From NCBI GenBank assembly GCA_963753055.1, contig CAVWAP010000004.1, positions 1,050,575 to 1,114,574 of the forward strand: DNA of 64,000 bases. Direction: 5' to 3'. Numbering within the stretch: position 1 is the first letter of the stretch; the number at the start of each line of letters is the position of its first letter. Below the pieces are notes generated by a model that saw only the letters and a program-made list of their open reading frames with translations, was not told the origin of the DNA and made no database searches. The translations under genes were made by a program, and so were the position numbers. Below are positions 1 through 9,896 of this stretch, piece by piece. The stretch is from an uncultured Bacteroidales bacterium (GTDB taxonomy: Bacteria > Bacteroidota > Bacteroidia > Bacteroidales > B18-G4).

Positions 1-887
1 TATTACTTGCAGTTGCATTCTTATTGTGCGTGGTAGCTGTTAGCGCTGGTGATGATGAGGTACAATATGCACCATACTATTCTGTGGCGAAAGTGCAGGG
101 GACGGTTGAAGAGGTCCGTCAGGATGTTGTCGTAGCCCTCGAACTACAAGGCTTTGAAGTGATAGGGGAGTATCATCCCGGCAATAATGATAACTTGTAC
201 ACTATATGTTACACCAGGCAGGACCTGAGTGATATCGCACTGAAATTCGAAGACAGAGGTGCCCTGGCAAGTGTTCTCAAGATTGGATTATTCAAGGAAA
301 ACGGGCAGGTTGAGATTAGCATGATTAATCCTATGTACCTGTTTTATGCCTATCTCCTTGACGGTATGGAGAACTATGAAAAGAGCCTCATAGCTATTTC
401 AGATGACTGCATAGATGCAATGGCAACTTTAAGTACTGAGCTGGTTTCATTTGGTGGATTGGAGACCAAAGAAGATCTCCAGAAATATCACTATAAAATA
501 ATGATGCCCTATTTTACAGATCCTGAAGAACTTAAAGAGTTCAACTCATTTGAAGAAGGGCTGACAACCATAAGGAAAAATCTTGAAGCAAAAAAAGGAA
601 ATACTGTAAAAATATACGAGCAGGTCTATGAGGGTGAGAAGGTAGCCGTATTTGGAGTTGGACTCCTTGATGAGGGAAAAGGTGAGGGGCACTTTTTACC
701 AATTATAGGTGAGCGTAATGTTGCGGCAATGCCATATGAGATCATACTTCAGGGTAATGAAGCGACTATGTTGCACGGAAAATTCCGGATTGCACTTCAT
801 TGGCCGGAACTAACCATGGGTACCTTCATGAAGATCATGGGTACACCTGGAGATATTGAAGATACGATGGAGTTGTTAACTGAATAA
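1..887 (+). CDS. Exported conserved hypothetical protein, possibly DUF302-like; 5' end lies outside the window
   Basis: Frame is open from the window start with a hydrophobic signal-like stretch (LLAVAFLLCVVAVSA). Two related halves (ISMINPMY.. and AAMPYEIIL..). Confidence 0.6.
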   Translation, partial: LLAVAFLLCVVAVSAGDDEVQYAPYYSVAKVQGTVEEVRQDVVVALELQGFEVIGEYHPGNNDNLYTICYTRQDLSDIALKFEDRGALASVLKIGLFKENGQVEISMINPMYLFYAYLLDGMENYEKSLIAISDDCIDAMATLSTELVSFGGLETKEDLQKYHYKIMMPYFTDPEELKEFNSFEEGLTTIRKNLEAKKGNTVKIYEQVYEGEKVAVFGVGLLDEGKGEGHFLPIIGERNVAAMPYEIILQGNEATMLHGKFRIALHWPELTMGTFMKIMGTPGDIEDTMELLTE

Positions 888-891
888 GGGC

Positions 892-921
892 AATCCCTCG
901 ATTACCGGGGGATTTTTTTTT
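892..921 (+). terminator. Intrinsic terminator between convergent genes
   Basis: aatccctcg-attac-cgggggatt stem followed by a T run. Confidence 0.7.
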
Positions 922-922
922 A

Positions 923-1378
923 TCATTTAAAGAAAAACCTTGCCCCGATACCTCCATTAAAATGGAAGTATGTGCCCGGGAACAGGTTCAGAACAGGGAC
1001 AATCTCTACGAATATATCGACCGGAGCACCTTCAAACATATAATTCAACCCGACAGGTACACGGGCTCCTATCCAAAAGTCGTTTCCGATACCAATGCTG
1101 GCTCCAGGTCCTACATATAAAGGTAATTTCCCTTTTATGACCGGAATTACATCAAAATGCCAAACATAATCGGCAGTTACATTGAAAAAACCAGCCTTGT
1201 AAAATGACCATGATACTGATGCATCCACGGCATTGACATCATTTATCCAGCCTTTTATGCTGATGCCCGTCGGATCACCAATTACCATACCGATTCCAAA
1301 GCCGGAATCCTGGGCATTAACCTGGGATGATATGAGAAAAAGGGCCATTATGAGCCCCAAAAAATACTTTTTCATCAA
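923..1378 (-). CDS. Small outer-membrane beta-barrel protein (DUF3996-like)
   Basis: Signal peptide, GxGxxxGxPTG motif, alternating hydrophobic strands, terminal GARFFFK. Confidence 0.7.
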   Translation of the reverse strand: MMKKYFLGLIMALFLISSQVNAQDSGFGIGMVIGDPTGISIKGWINDVNAVDASVSWSFYKAGFFNVTADYVWHFDVIPVIKGKLPLYVGPGASIGIGNDFWIGARVPVGLNYMFEGAPVDIFVEIVPVLNLFPGTYFHFNGGIGARFFFK

Positions 1379-1432
1379 CTACACTAATTTGAACCACTAT
1401 ACTAACTTAATATATAGCCAATTTAGTATAGT

Positions 1433-1460
1433 AAAAAAAACCTCCCGTCAGACGGGAGGC
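1433..1460 (-). terminator. Intrinsic terminator (minus strand)
   Basis: cctcccgtc-a-gacgggagg inverted repeat with an 8-T tail on the minus strand. Confidence 0.75.
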
Positions 1461-1695
1461 TTCCATAAAAAAATATCTAGCACAGCTTTCCTATCTCACA
1501 TTATAGGGGATAGAAAAACTCCACCAGAAAATATTTGAATTTAACGTATGCATCATTTACAAAAATAGGGCATTGATCCTCAGAAACAAGAAGAGGCAGC
1601 GAAAATAGGTAATTTTACCTACTTATAGTTTTTTTGAAGAAATATTTCTATTTTGCGGTCACTGATAAAATGATTATTCACTAAAAAGCAAAAAA

Positions 1696-2721
1696 ATGCG
1701 AAAATTTACCCTTAAAATTACTATGGTTTTCATCACTATGATGATTACCTTAGGTGCTTATTCTCAGCACCTGATGTGTGTTGACAGAGATGGAAGTGCA
1801 TACTCTACCAGTTTTTCAGATGTATGGCCCAAGTTCCAGGGGGCACTGGATGCTAATCATTATACCTATACTTATTTTGAAGTTTTAGAACCGGAGCTGA
1901 GCGGACCTGATGCTGCTGCTATGGCAGAGCACGACGCTGTTATCTTTTTTACAGGAGAGACCTGGACGGAAGGTCAAACCATGTCGGCTGATGATGAGTT
2001 TAATTTATTGCTCTACCTAACTGTTTCCGGTGGGAAACTATTTCTTTCTGCACAGGATTATTTATGGGATAGATATCCAAATGCTGGAGTTCTGGGAGAG
2101 ACTGAATTTCCAAACAGTGCTCTTGGCCTGGAAGAAGTCAGCCAGGACGTTTGGAGCTTTGCAACACCTGATACCATGGGGGTATACGGGATAGCAGGAT
2201 CTCTTGCAGAAGGTATGGTCTTTGGAGTACAGGATGTCTATTCGACCGAAAAAGAAGGTTTGTTTATAGACCAATTGCTTGCTCATAGGGGAACAGATCT
2301 GTTTAATATGAATTTACCGGGTGCTGACAGCTCTGCAGCTTTCCAGTATGAAGGGGATAATTACAAGTCTGTATTCTCAACGCTTTCATTTGGCGCTATC
2401 ATCGATACAAACGTCAGAACTGAGCTTATGAGCAAGATTGTTGCCTGGCTTCTCGGTACAACCGGAACAGTCGAGATCACAAGTAAGGAGAAGCTCGATA
2501 TCCTTCTTTATCCAAATCCAGCCCGTGATAATTTAAAAATTGGTATGCTGGAAGAGATGAATGATATCAAAATATTTAATAATACAGGTCAGTTGGTTTA
2601 TCATAAGCAGGCAGACAATAACAGTGTTACTGTCAATGTCAGTTCGTTCAGGCCAGGTATGTATATGGTACAGGCAAGGACAGAAAATGGTATCATAACT
2701 GAGAGATTCCTGAAGGAATAA
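1696..2721 (+). CDS. Secreted protein with T9SS type A C-terminal domain
   Basis: Signal peptide; C-terminal LYPNP...GMYMV...RFLKE. Confidence 0.85.
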   Translation: MRKFTLKITMVFITMMITLGAYSQHLMCVDRDGSAYSTSFSDVWPKFQGALDANHYTYTYFEVLEPELSGPDAAAMAEHDAVIFFTGETWTEGQTMSADDEFNLLLYLTVSGGKLFLSAQDYLWDRYPNAGVLGETEFPNSALGLEEVSQDVWSFATPDTMGVYGIAGSLAEGMVFGVQDVYSTEKEGLFIDQLLAHRGTDLFNMNLPGADSSAAFQYEGDNYKSVFSTLSFGAIIDTNVRTELMSKIVAWLLGTTGTVEITSKEKLDILLYPNPARDNLKIGMLEEMNDIKIFNNTGQLVYHKQADNNSVTVNVSSFRPGMYMVQARTENGIITERFLKE

Positions 2722-2741
2722 CAGGTGCTGTTTGCACGTTG

Positions 2742-2769
2742 AAAGGAGCTGATTCCAGCTCCTTTTTTT
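2742..2769 (+). terminator. Intrinsic terminator
   Basis: aaaggagctg-attc-cagctccttt followed by a T run. Confidence 0.8.
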
Positions 2770-2865
2770 GTTGGGACAGTGTTATAGTATCTTGCCTTAT
2801 AAACAATAAATATATAAATTTCCCTTTTTAGAACAATTCATAAATCATTAAAATATAATAAATTA

Positions 2866-2896
2866 TTGACTTATTAAAAAATATTGTATATATTTG
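2866..2896 (+). promoter_or_regulatory. Bacteroidota sigma-A promoter of the integrase
   Basis: TTG at 2866, 20 nt spacer, TATATTTG at 2889-2896. Confidence 0.6.
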
Positions 2897-2921
2897 TGTA
2901 TTCAAATGTGTATACTAATAT

Positions 2922-4160
2922 ATGGCTACTGTTAATATTATCCTTTTAAAGATTAAGCGGCTAAAGGACGGAAGGCACCCTGTCGTTTTGCGATTTACAC
3001 AACGCAGGAGACGGCATTACATCACGACTGGTTATGCTTGTTTTGCGCATGACTGGAATCAGCAAACAAATCTATTTCAAACAACGGTTGAGAACCACGA
3101 TATGAAAAATCTTGTGGTTCGGGGTTGGTTGGAACAAGCAAAAAAAATAATAAATGAATATGGATACAGAAGTGAAGAATTGAATTTTGATATATTCAGG
3201 CAGGAATTTCGTAAGGCTATTTTTAAGCGAGCAACAATTTCTAATTATTTTCATGAAGCGATAAGCCAGTATAGAGAGAATGGCCAATTAAGCAATGCCG
3301 GGATCTATAAAAACACTCATCAATTCCTTATGAGGTTTACCCGTGGCCATGATCTGTTGTTTTATGACCTCAATAAGACATTTCTAAATGATTTTAACTC
3401 TTTCTTATTAGAGCAGGTAAACAGAAAAGGGGAAAAAATCAGTGGATTCACCATCCAGGCTTATTTCAGGACAATCAGGGCGCTTTTCAATAAGGCTATT
3501 GACGAGGGTTTGGTTGCGCAGGATGCATATCCATTTGCGAATAAGTTGAACCCGGGAGGTTTTGAGATAATTAAACCGACCATAAGAATTAAAAAGAAGG
3601 CACTTAGCAAGGAGCAGGTGGCTCAGATCATCGAGTTCAACGCCATACCAGGCACCTCCTTCTTCCATACAAAGAGTTATTTTGTTTTTTCATACCTGGC
3701 CGGGGGCATGGACTTCCAGGACCTTGCTTTATTTACATGGCGTAATGTACATGGAGAACGGTTTGAGTATACAAGAGCCAGGACCGGGAAGACTTATTCT
3801 ATCAGGATCAACAAAGAGATGAAGAGAATTATGGACTACTACTGGAACCACAAGGCGAAATATGTTTTTCCAATATTGGCTGATGATATGTATGACACCG
3901 CACGGCAGGTCACCAGAATCCGTTCAGCCAGGAAGCAGTTTAATGAAAATATTACTGAAATAGCACGTTCTCTTGGAATCAATATGCAAATAACATCAGG
4001 TATGATTCGTCATACTTTTGCAAGTGTGTTATACCGGGAAGGCGCTCCATTGCCTGAGATCAGTATGGCGCTGAAGCACAATAATGTACTGGAAACCAGG
4101 GCTTACCTGCAGGACATCGAGCTGCAGGTGAGGGATAGGTTGCAGGATATGCTTTTGTGA
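2922..4160 (+). CDS. Tyrosine recombinase/integrase (arm-binding, SAM-like and catalytic domains)
   Basis: N-terminal KDGRHPVVLRFT arm-binding pattern; C-terminal IRHTFAS...LKH...TRAYL motifs. Confidence 0.9.
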   Translation: MATVNIILLKIKRLKDGRHPVVLRFTQRRRRHYITTGYACFAHDWNQQTNLFQTTVENHDMKNLVVRGWLEQAKKIINEYGYRSEELNFDIFRQEFRKAIFKRATISNYFHEAISQYRENGQLSNAGIYKNTHQFLMRFTRGHDLLFYDLNKTFLNDFNSFLLEQVNRKGEKISGFTIQAYFRTIRALFNKAIDEGLVAQDAYPFANKLNPGGFEIIKPTIRIKKKALSKEQVAQIIEFNAIPGTSFFHTKSYFVFSYLAGGMDFQDLALFTWRNVHGERFEYTRARTGKTYSIRINKEMKRIMDYYWNHKAKYVFPILADDMYDTARQVTRIRSARKQFNENITEIARSLGINMQITSGMIRHTFASVLYREGAPLPEISMALKHNNVLETRAYLQDIELQVRDRLQDMLL

Positions 4161-4162
4161 TG

Positions 4163-4318
4163 CAGGCTTCAAGCTTCAGGCTTCAAGCTTCAGGCTTCAA
4201 GCTTCAAGCTTCAAGCTTCAAGCTTCAAGTAACTTGTAACCTGAAGCCTGTAACCTGTAACTTGCAACTTGCAACTTGCATCTTGAAACTTGCAACTTGC
4301 ATCTTGCATCTTGCAACT
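4163..4318. repeat. Heptamer tandem array (caagctt/caggctt, then gtaacct/gcaactt/gcatctt)
   Basis: About 22 units of period 7, starting 2 nt after the integrase stop. Confidence 0.95.
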
Positions 4319-4340
4319 AATATTTCATTATCATTGCATT

Positions 4341-5030
4341 ATGATCAGGTTTAGGTTGTGGATTATTATTTTATTGTTCGGGCAAATGAGTATTGCCCAG
4401 ATAATTGACACAAATAGAATTAAAGTTAAGATACAGGCAGAAATGAATTTTCTTGAATACCTGCCACGCGGGTACATGCATGAAGGAAACTGGCCGTTGA
4501 TACTGTTCCTGCACGGTTCAGGAGAAAGAGGAGATGATCTCAGCCTCGTTAAAAAGCATGGCCCTTTAAAAGTTGCCCAGGAGATGCTCCTGCCTTTTGT
4601 GATCATCGCTCCACAATGCCCTGATGGGCAAAGCTGGTCTGCAGAATTGCTCAATGCCTTTCTTCTTACCATATTAAATGGGTATTCAATAGACCCGGGA
4701 CGGGTTTATGTTACAGGCCTTAGCATGGGCGGAACCGGCACATGGGAGGTGGCGAAAAGAAACCCGAAAATAATCACAGCGATAGCGCCAATATGCGGGA
4801 GAGGCTCTGTCATGAATATATGCAAGCTCAAAGATATGCCTGTCTGGGCTTTTCATGGCGCTAAAGATGAAATTATACCATTACACTATTCTACCAATAC
4901 AGTAAACGAATTGAAAAAGTGTGGTGGTAACGCACGCCTCACCATCTACCCTGATGCCACCCACGATTGCTGGACAGAAACCTACGAGGACTACAAACTC
5001 TACGAATGGTTCCTTGAACAGAAAAAATAA
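4341..5030 (+). CDS. Alpha/beta hydrolase (predicted peptidase/carboxylesterase)
   Basis: LFLHGSGERG, GLSMGG nucleophile, FHGAKD, HDCW. Start placed at ATG 4341 because the longer ORF begins inside the repeat. Confidence 0.85.
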   Translation: MIRFRLWIIILLFGQMSIAQIIDTNRIKVKIQAEMNFLEYLPRGYMHEGNWPLILFLHGSGERGDDLSLVKKHGPLKVAQEMLLPFVIIAPQCPDGQSWSAELLNAFLLTILNGYSIDPGRVYVTGLSMGGTGTWEVAKRNPKIITAIAPICGRGSVMNICKLKDMPVWAFHGAKDEIIPLHYSTNTVNELKKCGGNARLTIYPDATHDCWTETYEDYKLYEWFLEQKK

Positions 5031-5081
5031 CTCCCCTACACTCTTCACTCTTTAATGAGTTGTAAACTTTTTATTAATTAA

Positions 5082-5113
5082 TTGTTAACTCATCATTAAT
5101 TTCATTATATTTG
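5082..5113 (+). promoter_or_regulatory. Sigma-A promoter of the susC operon
   Basis: TTG at 5082, 21 nt spacer, TATATTTG at 5106-5113. Confidence 0.6.
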
Positions 5114-5216
5114 TAATAACCATATATCTAGCCGCGGATAATGTATTACGAGGACGGCCTTACTTTTGTGATCTACCTGATTTAGCTCATAAACATATAT
5201 ATAATAAAAGTCCGAT

Positions 5217-8200
5217 ATGAAAAGTCTATACAAAGGAGCAGGTATCCTTTTATTGATCTTTACAATCACTCTTGCCGCCAACTCTCAAACCATAACTGGG
5301 AAAATTACTGATCAGGATGGAAATGAAATTCCAGGCGTATCTGTCTACCTCAAAGGCACAACGATTGGAACAATTTCTGATGTATTTGGTGACTATACCT
5401 TAATCATCAGAGCTGAAGATGCCATTGGCGAGACCGATACCATAGTATATTCATTTATTGGTTTCAGTAAGCAGGAATTCAGTGTGCCTGCTGATCCGGA
5501 TGCAACATATACGCATAATGTTGTTCTACTGGAAGAGGCTGAGCTGATGAAAGAATTGGTGGTGGTTGGTTATGGCGTGCAGCGAAAAAGTGATATAACA
5601 GGAGCCATTTCTACAATTAAAACACAGGATATCGTTAACCTGCCTGTTGTCAGTGTCGACCAGGCTTTACAGGGGAAGGCTGCCGGAGTCCAGGTAAGCC
5701 AGACGAGCGGGGCTCCCGGAGAGCAGATAAAAGTCAGGATCAGGGGACTGGGTACCATCAATAACAATGACCCCTTATATATAATAGATGGTGTACCCAC
5801 CAAGAACGTTACTGATATTATCAACCCGGAAGATATCGAGTCGATGACGGTTCTTAAGGATGCAGCCTCAGCCGCCATCTATGGCTCAAGGGCAGGAAAT
5901 GGTGTGATCATCATCAAGACAAAAAAGGGCACTGCAGGCAAGACAAGGTTTAACTTTAACTCCTATGTCGGCATGCAAACCCATGGCAAGCTGACACCTA
6001 TGTGCAATACACAGGAATATGTCAGCATTTATAATGAAGCAGCTGCCAATGATGAGAGAGAGCCTATACCGGATGATATCATCCCTCAATTATCCAATAC
6101 CAATTGGATGGAGGAGATCTTCAGGCCCGCAATGATGCAAAATTACCAGCTTACGGTCAGTGGTGGTGATGCTAAATCCAGCTTCCTGATCGGTGGAGGT
6201 TACCTGAAACAGGAGGGCATCATCCTTAATTCTGATTACAGCAGGATAAACTTCAGAACTGCAGTGAGTACCATGGCAGCTGATTGGGTTAAGGTTGGAA
6301 CCAACCTGAACTTTTCATATTCAAATAAAGATATTATCGGTGCCTCAGGTGATGGCTATGGCGGTAACGGAGGAAGTGTGATCCGCTATGGTTATTTCAG
6401 GGCCCCTCCTGTCCCTGTTTATGAGCCCAGTGGCGCCTACAGTGACCTGCCAATGTTTGAGGGGTATCCCAGGGCAAGCCTAAATACCTGGTTTGGAGAT
6501 GGATACAACCCTGTTGGCCTGGCCAATAAATACGACTGGACTGCCGATATCTACCGGTTATTTGGAAATTTCTTTGCCGAATTTAAGATCATTGAAGGAC
6601 TTGATTTCAGGACTGATTTTGGTGTTGACCTGCCGATTACTGCAGAAAAACGCTTCAATGAGAACTGGGGTACTGATGGACGAATCAATAGTCCAAATAA
6701 TATGACCAGTGGGGTTAAAAATTCCTTTACATGGAACTGGACCAATACCCTGACCTATCAGAAGACATTCAGCGAAAAGCATTACACAACTTTTCTGGGT
6801 GGTGTTGAAGCCATCAAGAATTCATTCCATGAGCAGATAGGCACAGATCAGGATTTTCCTGATCAATCAGCATACCTGAGGTACCTTGGCAATGGCCTAA
6901 CCTTATACAAAGGTGCCAATGAGCTGGCATCTTCATGGTCACTGTTTTCAGTATTTGCACGTGTTAATTATAACTATGACAATAAAATTATCCTTGAAGG
7001 CGTAATCCGCGCCGATGGATCATCAAGATTTTCTGAAGAGAATCGATGGGGCCTGTTTTATTCTGGCTCTGCCGGTTGGAACATGCACAACATGAGCTTC
7101 ATGCAGAATGTGTCCTGGATCTCACAGCTTAAGCCCAGGGTAAGTATTGGTCAGACAGGTAACCAGGAAATAGGCCTGTATAACTACCTGTCACTTATTG
7201 GAAGTGACTATAATTACCCAATTGGTGGTACAGCCAATTTTGGATCTGCCGTTAATTCCTTTGGTAATATCAATACCACCTGGGAAACTACAACCATGTA
7301 TGATATTGGACTCGATATGGCATTCCTTGATAACCGCCTTACAGTTGTTACTGATTACTATTGGCGTTATACTACTGATATGCTTATCCCTGTACCCTTG
7401 CCTCCCAGCGGAGGAACCGCTGACCCACCATTCATTAATGCAGGTGAAGTGCTCAACAGGGGATTTGAGTTTGAGCTGTTCTGGAGAGAGAAGAAAACAA
7501 ATTTTGAGTATGAGATAGGAGGAAACTTCGCCACACTATTTAATAAGGTGTTAGAGCTTAGTGGTGGACGGCCAATTGCTGCAGGTAGGATCGATAACGG
7601 TGTTTTTGCAACGCTGACTGAAGAAGGCTATCCAATCGGGTCTTTTTATCTGTATGAAATGGAAGGTATCTTCCAGAACGAGTTTGATATCTTCACTCAT
7701 GCCTACCAGGGACCGAATATTGCTCCGGGAGATGTGAAGTTTAAAGACCAGAATGGAGATGGCAAGATCGATGAAAAGGACAGGACGCATGTTGGCAGTC
7801 CTATTCCCAAGTTCACGTATGGCCTGACAGGTAATTTTTCATATAAAGGCTTCGAGCTCTCGCTTTTCTTCCAGGGCGTTTATGGCAATGAGTATTACAT
7901 GCAGGTCAATCATGATATCGAAGGGTTCTACAGGGGATTTAACGTGACCAAGCGATTATATGATAATCACTGGACAGGAGATGGATCAACGGACGAATAC
8001 CCCAGGGTATCATGGAAGGGTGCATCGAATAATAAGATAGCTTCTACAAGGTTCATGGAACCGGCAAGCTATTTCAGGATGAGGAACCTTACATTTGGAT
8101 ATAGCTTCAAAATGAAGGAAACTTCTGCTCTTACATCTGTAAGATTATATTTCAGCGCACAGAACCTGTTTACCATAACCAAGTATCCCGGGCTCGATCC

Positions 8201-8327
8201 TGAGATGTATGACAGCAATAACCTGAATAGTGAAACAGTGAAAAATGTTGACCTGGCAGCTGGTATTGACTGGGGAACATACCCTACACCTAAGATCTAT
8301 ACGCTGGGAATCAATTTGATTTTTTAA
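5217..8327 (+). CDS. susC: SusC/RagA TonB-dependent transporter
   Basis: VVVGYG, plug motif LKDAASAAIYGSRAGNGVIIIKTK, C-terminal YP..IYTLGINLIF. Confidence 0.97.
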   Translation: MKSLYKGAGILLLIFTITLAANSQTITGKITDQDGNEIPGVSVYLKGTTIGTISDVFGDYTLIIRAEDAIGETDTIVYSFIGFSKQEFSVPADPDATYTHNVVLLEEAELMKELVVVGYGVQRKSDITGAISTIKTQDIVNLPVVSVDQALQGKAAGVQVSQTSGAPGEQIKVRIRGLGTINNNDPLYIIDGVPTKNVTDIINPEDIESMTVLKDAASAAIYGSRAGNGVIIIKTKKGTAGKTRFNFNSYVGMQTHGKLTPMCNTQEYVSIYNEAAANDEREPIPDDIIPQLSNTNWMEEIFRPAMMQNYQLTVSGGDAKSSFLIGGGYLKQEGIILNSDYSRINFRTAVSTMAADWVKVGTNLNFSYSNKDIIGASGDGYGGNGGSVIRYGYFRAPPVPVYEPSGAYSDLPMFEGYPRASLNTWFGDGYNPVGLANKYDWTADIYRLFGNFFAEFKIIEGLDFRTDFGVDLPITAEKRFNENWGTDGRINSPNNMTSGVKNSFTWNWTNTLTYQKTFSEKHYTTFLGGVEAIKNSFHEQIGTDQDFPDQSAYLRYLGNGLTLYKGANELASSWSLFSVFARVNYNYDNKIILEGVIRADGSSRFSEENRWGLFYSGSAGWNMHNMSFMQNVSWISQLKPRVSIGQTGNQEIGLYNYLSLIGSDYNYPIGGTANFGSAVNSFGNINTTWETTTMYDIGLDMAFLDNRLTVVTDYYWRYTTDMLIPVPLPPSGGTADPPFINAGEVLNRGFEFELFWREKKTNFEYEIGGNFATLFNKVLELSGGRPIAAGRIDNGVFATLTEEGYPIGSFYLYEMEGIFQNEFDIFTHAYQGPNIAPGDVKFKDQNGDGKIDEKDRTHVGSPIPKFTYGLTGNFSYKGFELSLFFQGVYGNEYYMQVNHDIEGFYRGFNVTKRLYDNHWTGDGSTDEYPRVSWKGASNNKIASTRFMEPASYFRMRNLTFGYSFKMKETSALTSVRLYFSAQNLFTITKYPGLDPEMYDSNNLNSETVKNVDLAAGIDWGTYPTPKIYTLGINLIF

Positions 8328-8345
8328 TGTGAATATTCAAAGATC

Positions 8346-9848
8346 ATGAGAAATAAAAAATACATACTTGGCCTTTTTATATCGCTGGCCATTCTTCTTT
8401 CCCCGGGTTGTAAAAAATTCCTGGATGAAGAATTAAAAGGACAGCGCTCCGACCAGCAGTCCTTTGAAACTGCTGATGATGCAGAGGTGTTCTTAACGGG
8501 GGTGTATAACCTACTGACATATGCTGATGCCGACAACCGTTTATGGGTTTTTGGCGATGTAGCTTCTGATGATGCGGCGAAGGGTGGTATAGAGGGTGAC
8601 CAGGCTGACATAGGTTTGATTGATGATTTTAATGTTAATACAGATAATGGGAATCTTGAGACTGTCTGGGCAATCTATTATGAAGGTGTTTCAAGAGCCA
8701 ATAAGCTCCTTGATAACATAGATGGTATTAATATGGATGAAGAGCGCAAGAACCAGATTATTGGCGAAGCGAAGTTCCTGCGTGCCTATTTTTATTACTG
8801 GCTAACCAATATCTTCGGTGATATACCCGTTCATACTACCACTCCTACACCGGAAGAAATGCAAAAAGCAGCTACGCCAATCTTATCAATTCAAACCAAC
8901 GTGATCATCCCTGACCTGATTGATGCATCACAAAGGCTTCCCGAAACCTTCACTGGCGCCGATTTAGGAAGGGCAACAAAATTTGCTGCACTTTCCTTAT
9001 TGGGAAAGATGTACCTGTTTGTGGAAGATTGGAGTAATGCTAAGGACGCCTTCGAGCAGGTAGTCGAGTCTCAGTTGTTCGAGCTTGAGAATGTTTACCG
9101 TTACAATTTTGAATTTGCTACCAAAGATAACCCTGAGATCATTTTTGCTGTGCAGCATCTCTCAGGCCAAAGTCCCTGGCTTGGTAACAGGCTGAACCAA
9201 TGGTTTGCCCCCAGGGCAGAAAATGGCTATGGATTTAATGTTCCAACACAAGATTTTGTGGATGAATTCGAAATGACTACCGACAGCGTGTATGATCCCC
9301 GACTGGATTATACTGTCGGAAGGGAGGGACAAACATGGTTCAATGATACAGTATATTTTGACCCTGAATGGTCATCAACAGGCTATATGCAGAAAAAACA
9401 CCTTCAACCACTATCAGAAACACCTGTTGAGTTGAAAGCTGATGGACAATTAAACTATACATTCATCCGGTATGCTGATGTCCTCTTGATGCTTGCCGAA
9501 GCTTTGAATGAAAGTGGTAATTCAGGAGCTGCCGTTGACTATGTGAATATGGTCCGCACACGTGCCAGGGAATCATATTTGTATGATGATGAGCTTCCTG
9601 GATTTGGAAGCATTCCACCAGGCTTACTTCCACCGATTGCAGGAGGTGGACAGGCACAGGTCAGGGATGCCATCAGGCATGAAAGAAGGGTTGAACTGGG
9701 ATTTGAATTCCACCGGTATTTCGATGTAATAAGGTATGGTTCTGATTATGCCAACCAGGTTTTCCAGGATAAGCCCAATTTCAACTACGAAAAGGATAGA
9801 CATTTTCCAATTCCGCAAAGTGAATTGGATACAAATTTTGAATTATAA
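8346..9848 (+). CDS. susD: SusD/RagB lipoprotein
   Basis: Lipobox (PGC), GEAKFLRAYFY, IRYADVLLMLAEA, ERRVELGFE. Confidence 0.97.
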   Translation: MRNKKYILGLFISLAILLSPGCKKFLDEELKGQRSDQQSFETADDAEVFLTGVYNLLTYADADNRLWVFGDVASDDAAKGGIEGDQADIGLIDDFNVNTDNGNLETVWAIYYEGVSRANKLLDNIDGINMDEERKNQIIGEAKFLRAYFYYWLTNIFGDIPVHTTTPTPEEMQKAATPILSIQTNVIIPDLIDASQRLPETFTGADLGRATKFAALSLLGKMYLFVEDWSNAKDAFEQVVESQLFELENVYRYNFEFATKDNPEIIFAVQHLSGQSPWLGNRLNQWFAPRAENGYGFNVPTQDFVDEFEMTTDSVYDPRLDYTVGREGQTWFNDTVYFDPEWSSTGYMQKKHLQPLSETPVELKADGQLNYTFIRYADVLLMLAEALNESGNSGAAVDYVNMVRTRARESYLYDDELPGFGSIPPGLLPPIAGGGQAQVRDAIRHERRVELGFEFHRYFDVIRYGSDYANQVFQDKPNFNYEKDRHFPIPQSELDTNFEL

Positions 9849-9896
9849 ACAACTATTAATTATTTATTCACTTAAGTAAAATTTAAATTTAATGTT

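Noticed and set aside
4157-4354. Short ORFs such as 4157-4354, 31925-32203 and 39411-39599
   Set aside because: They are translations of heptamer arrays (QASSFKL, LVSCILC) or antisense shadows of real genes.
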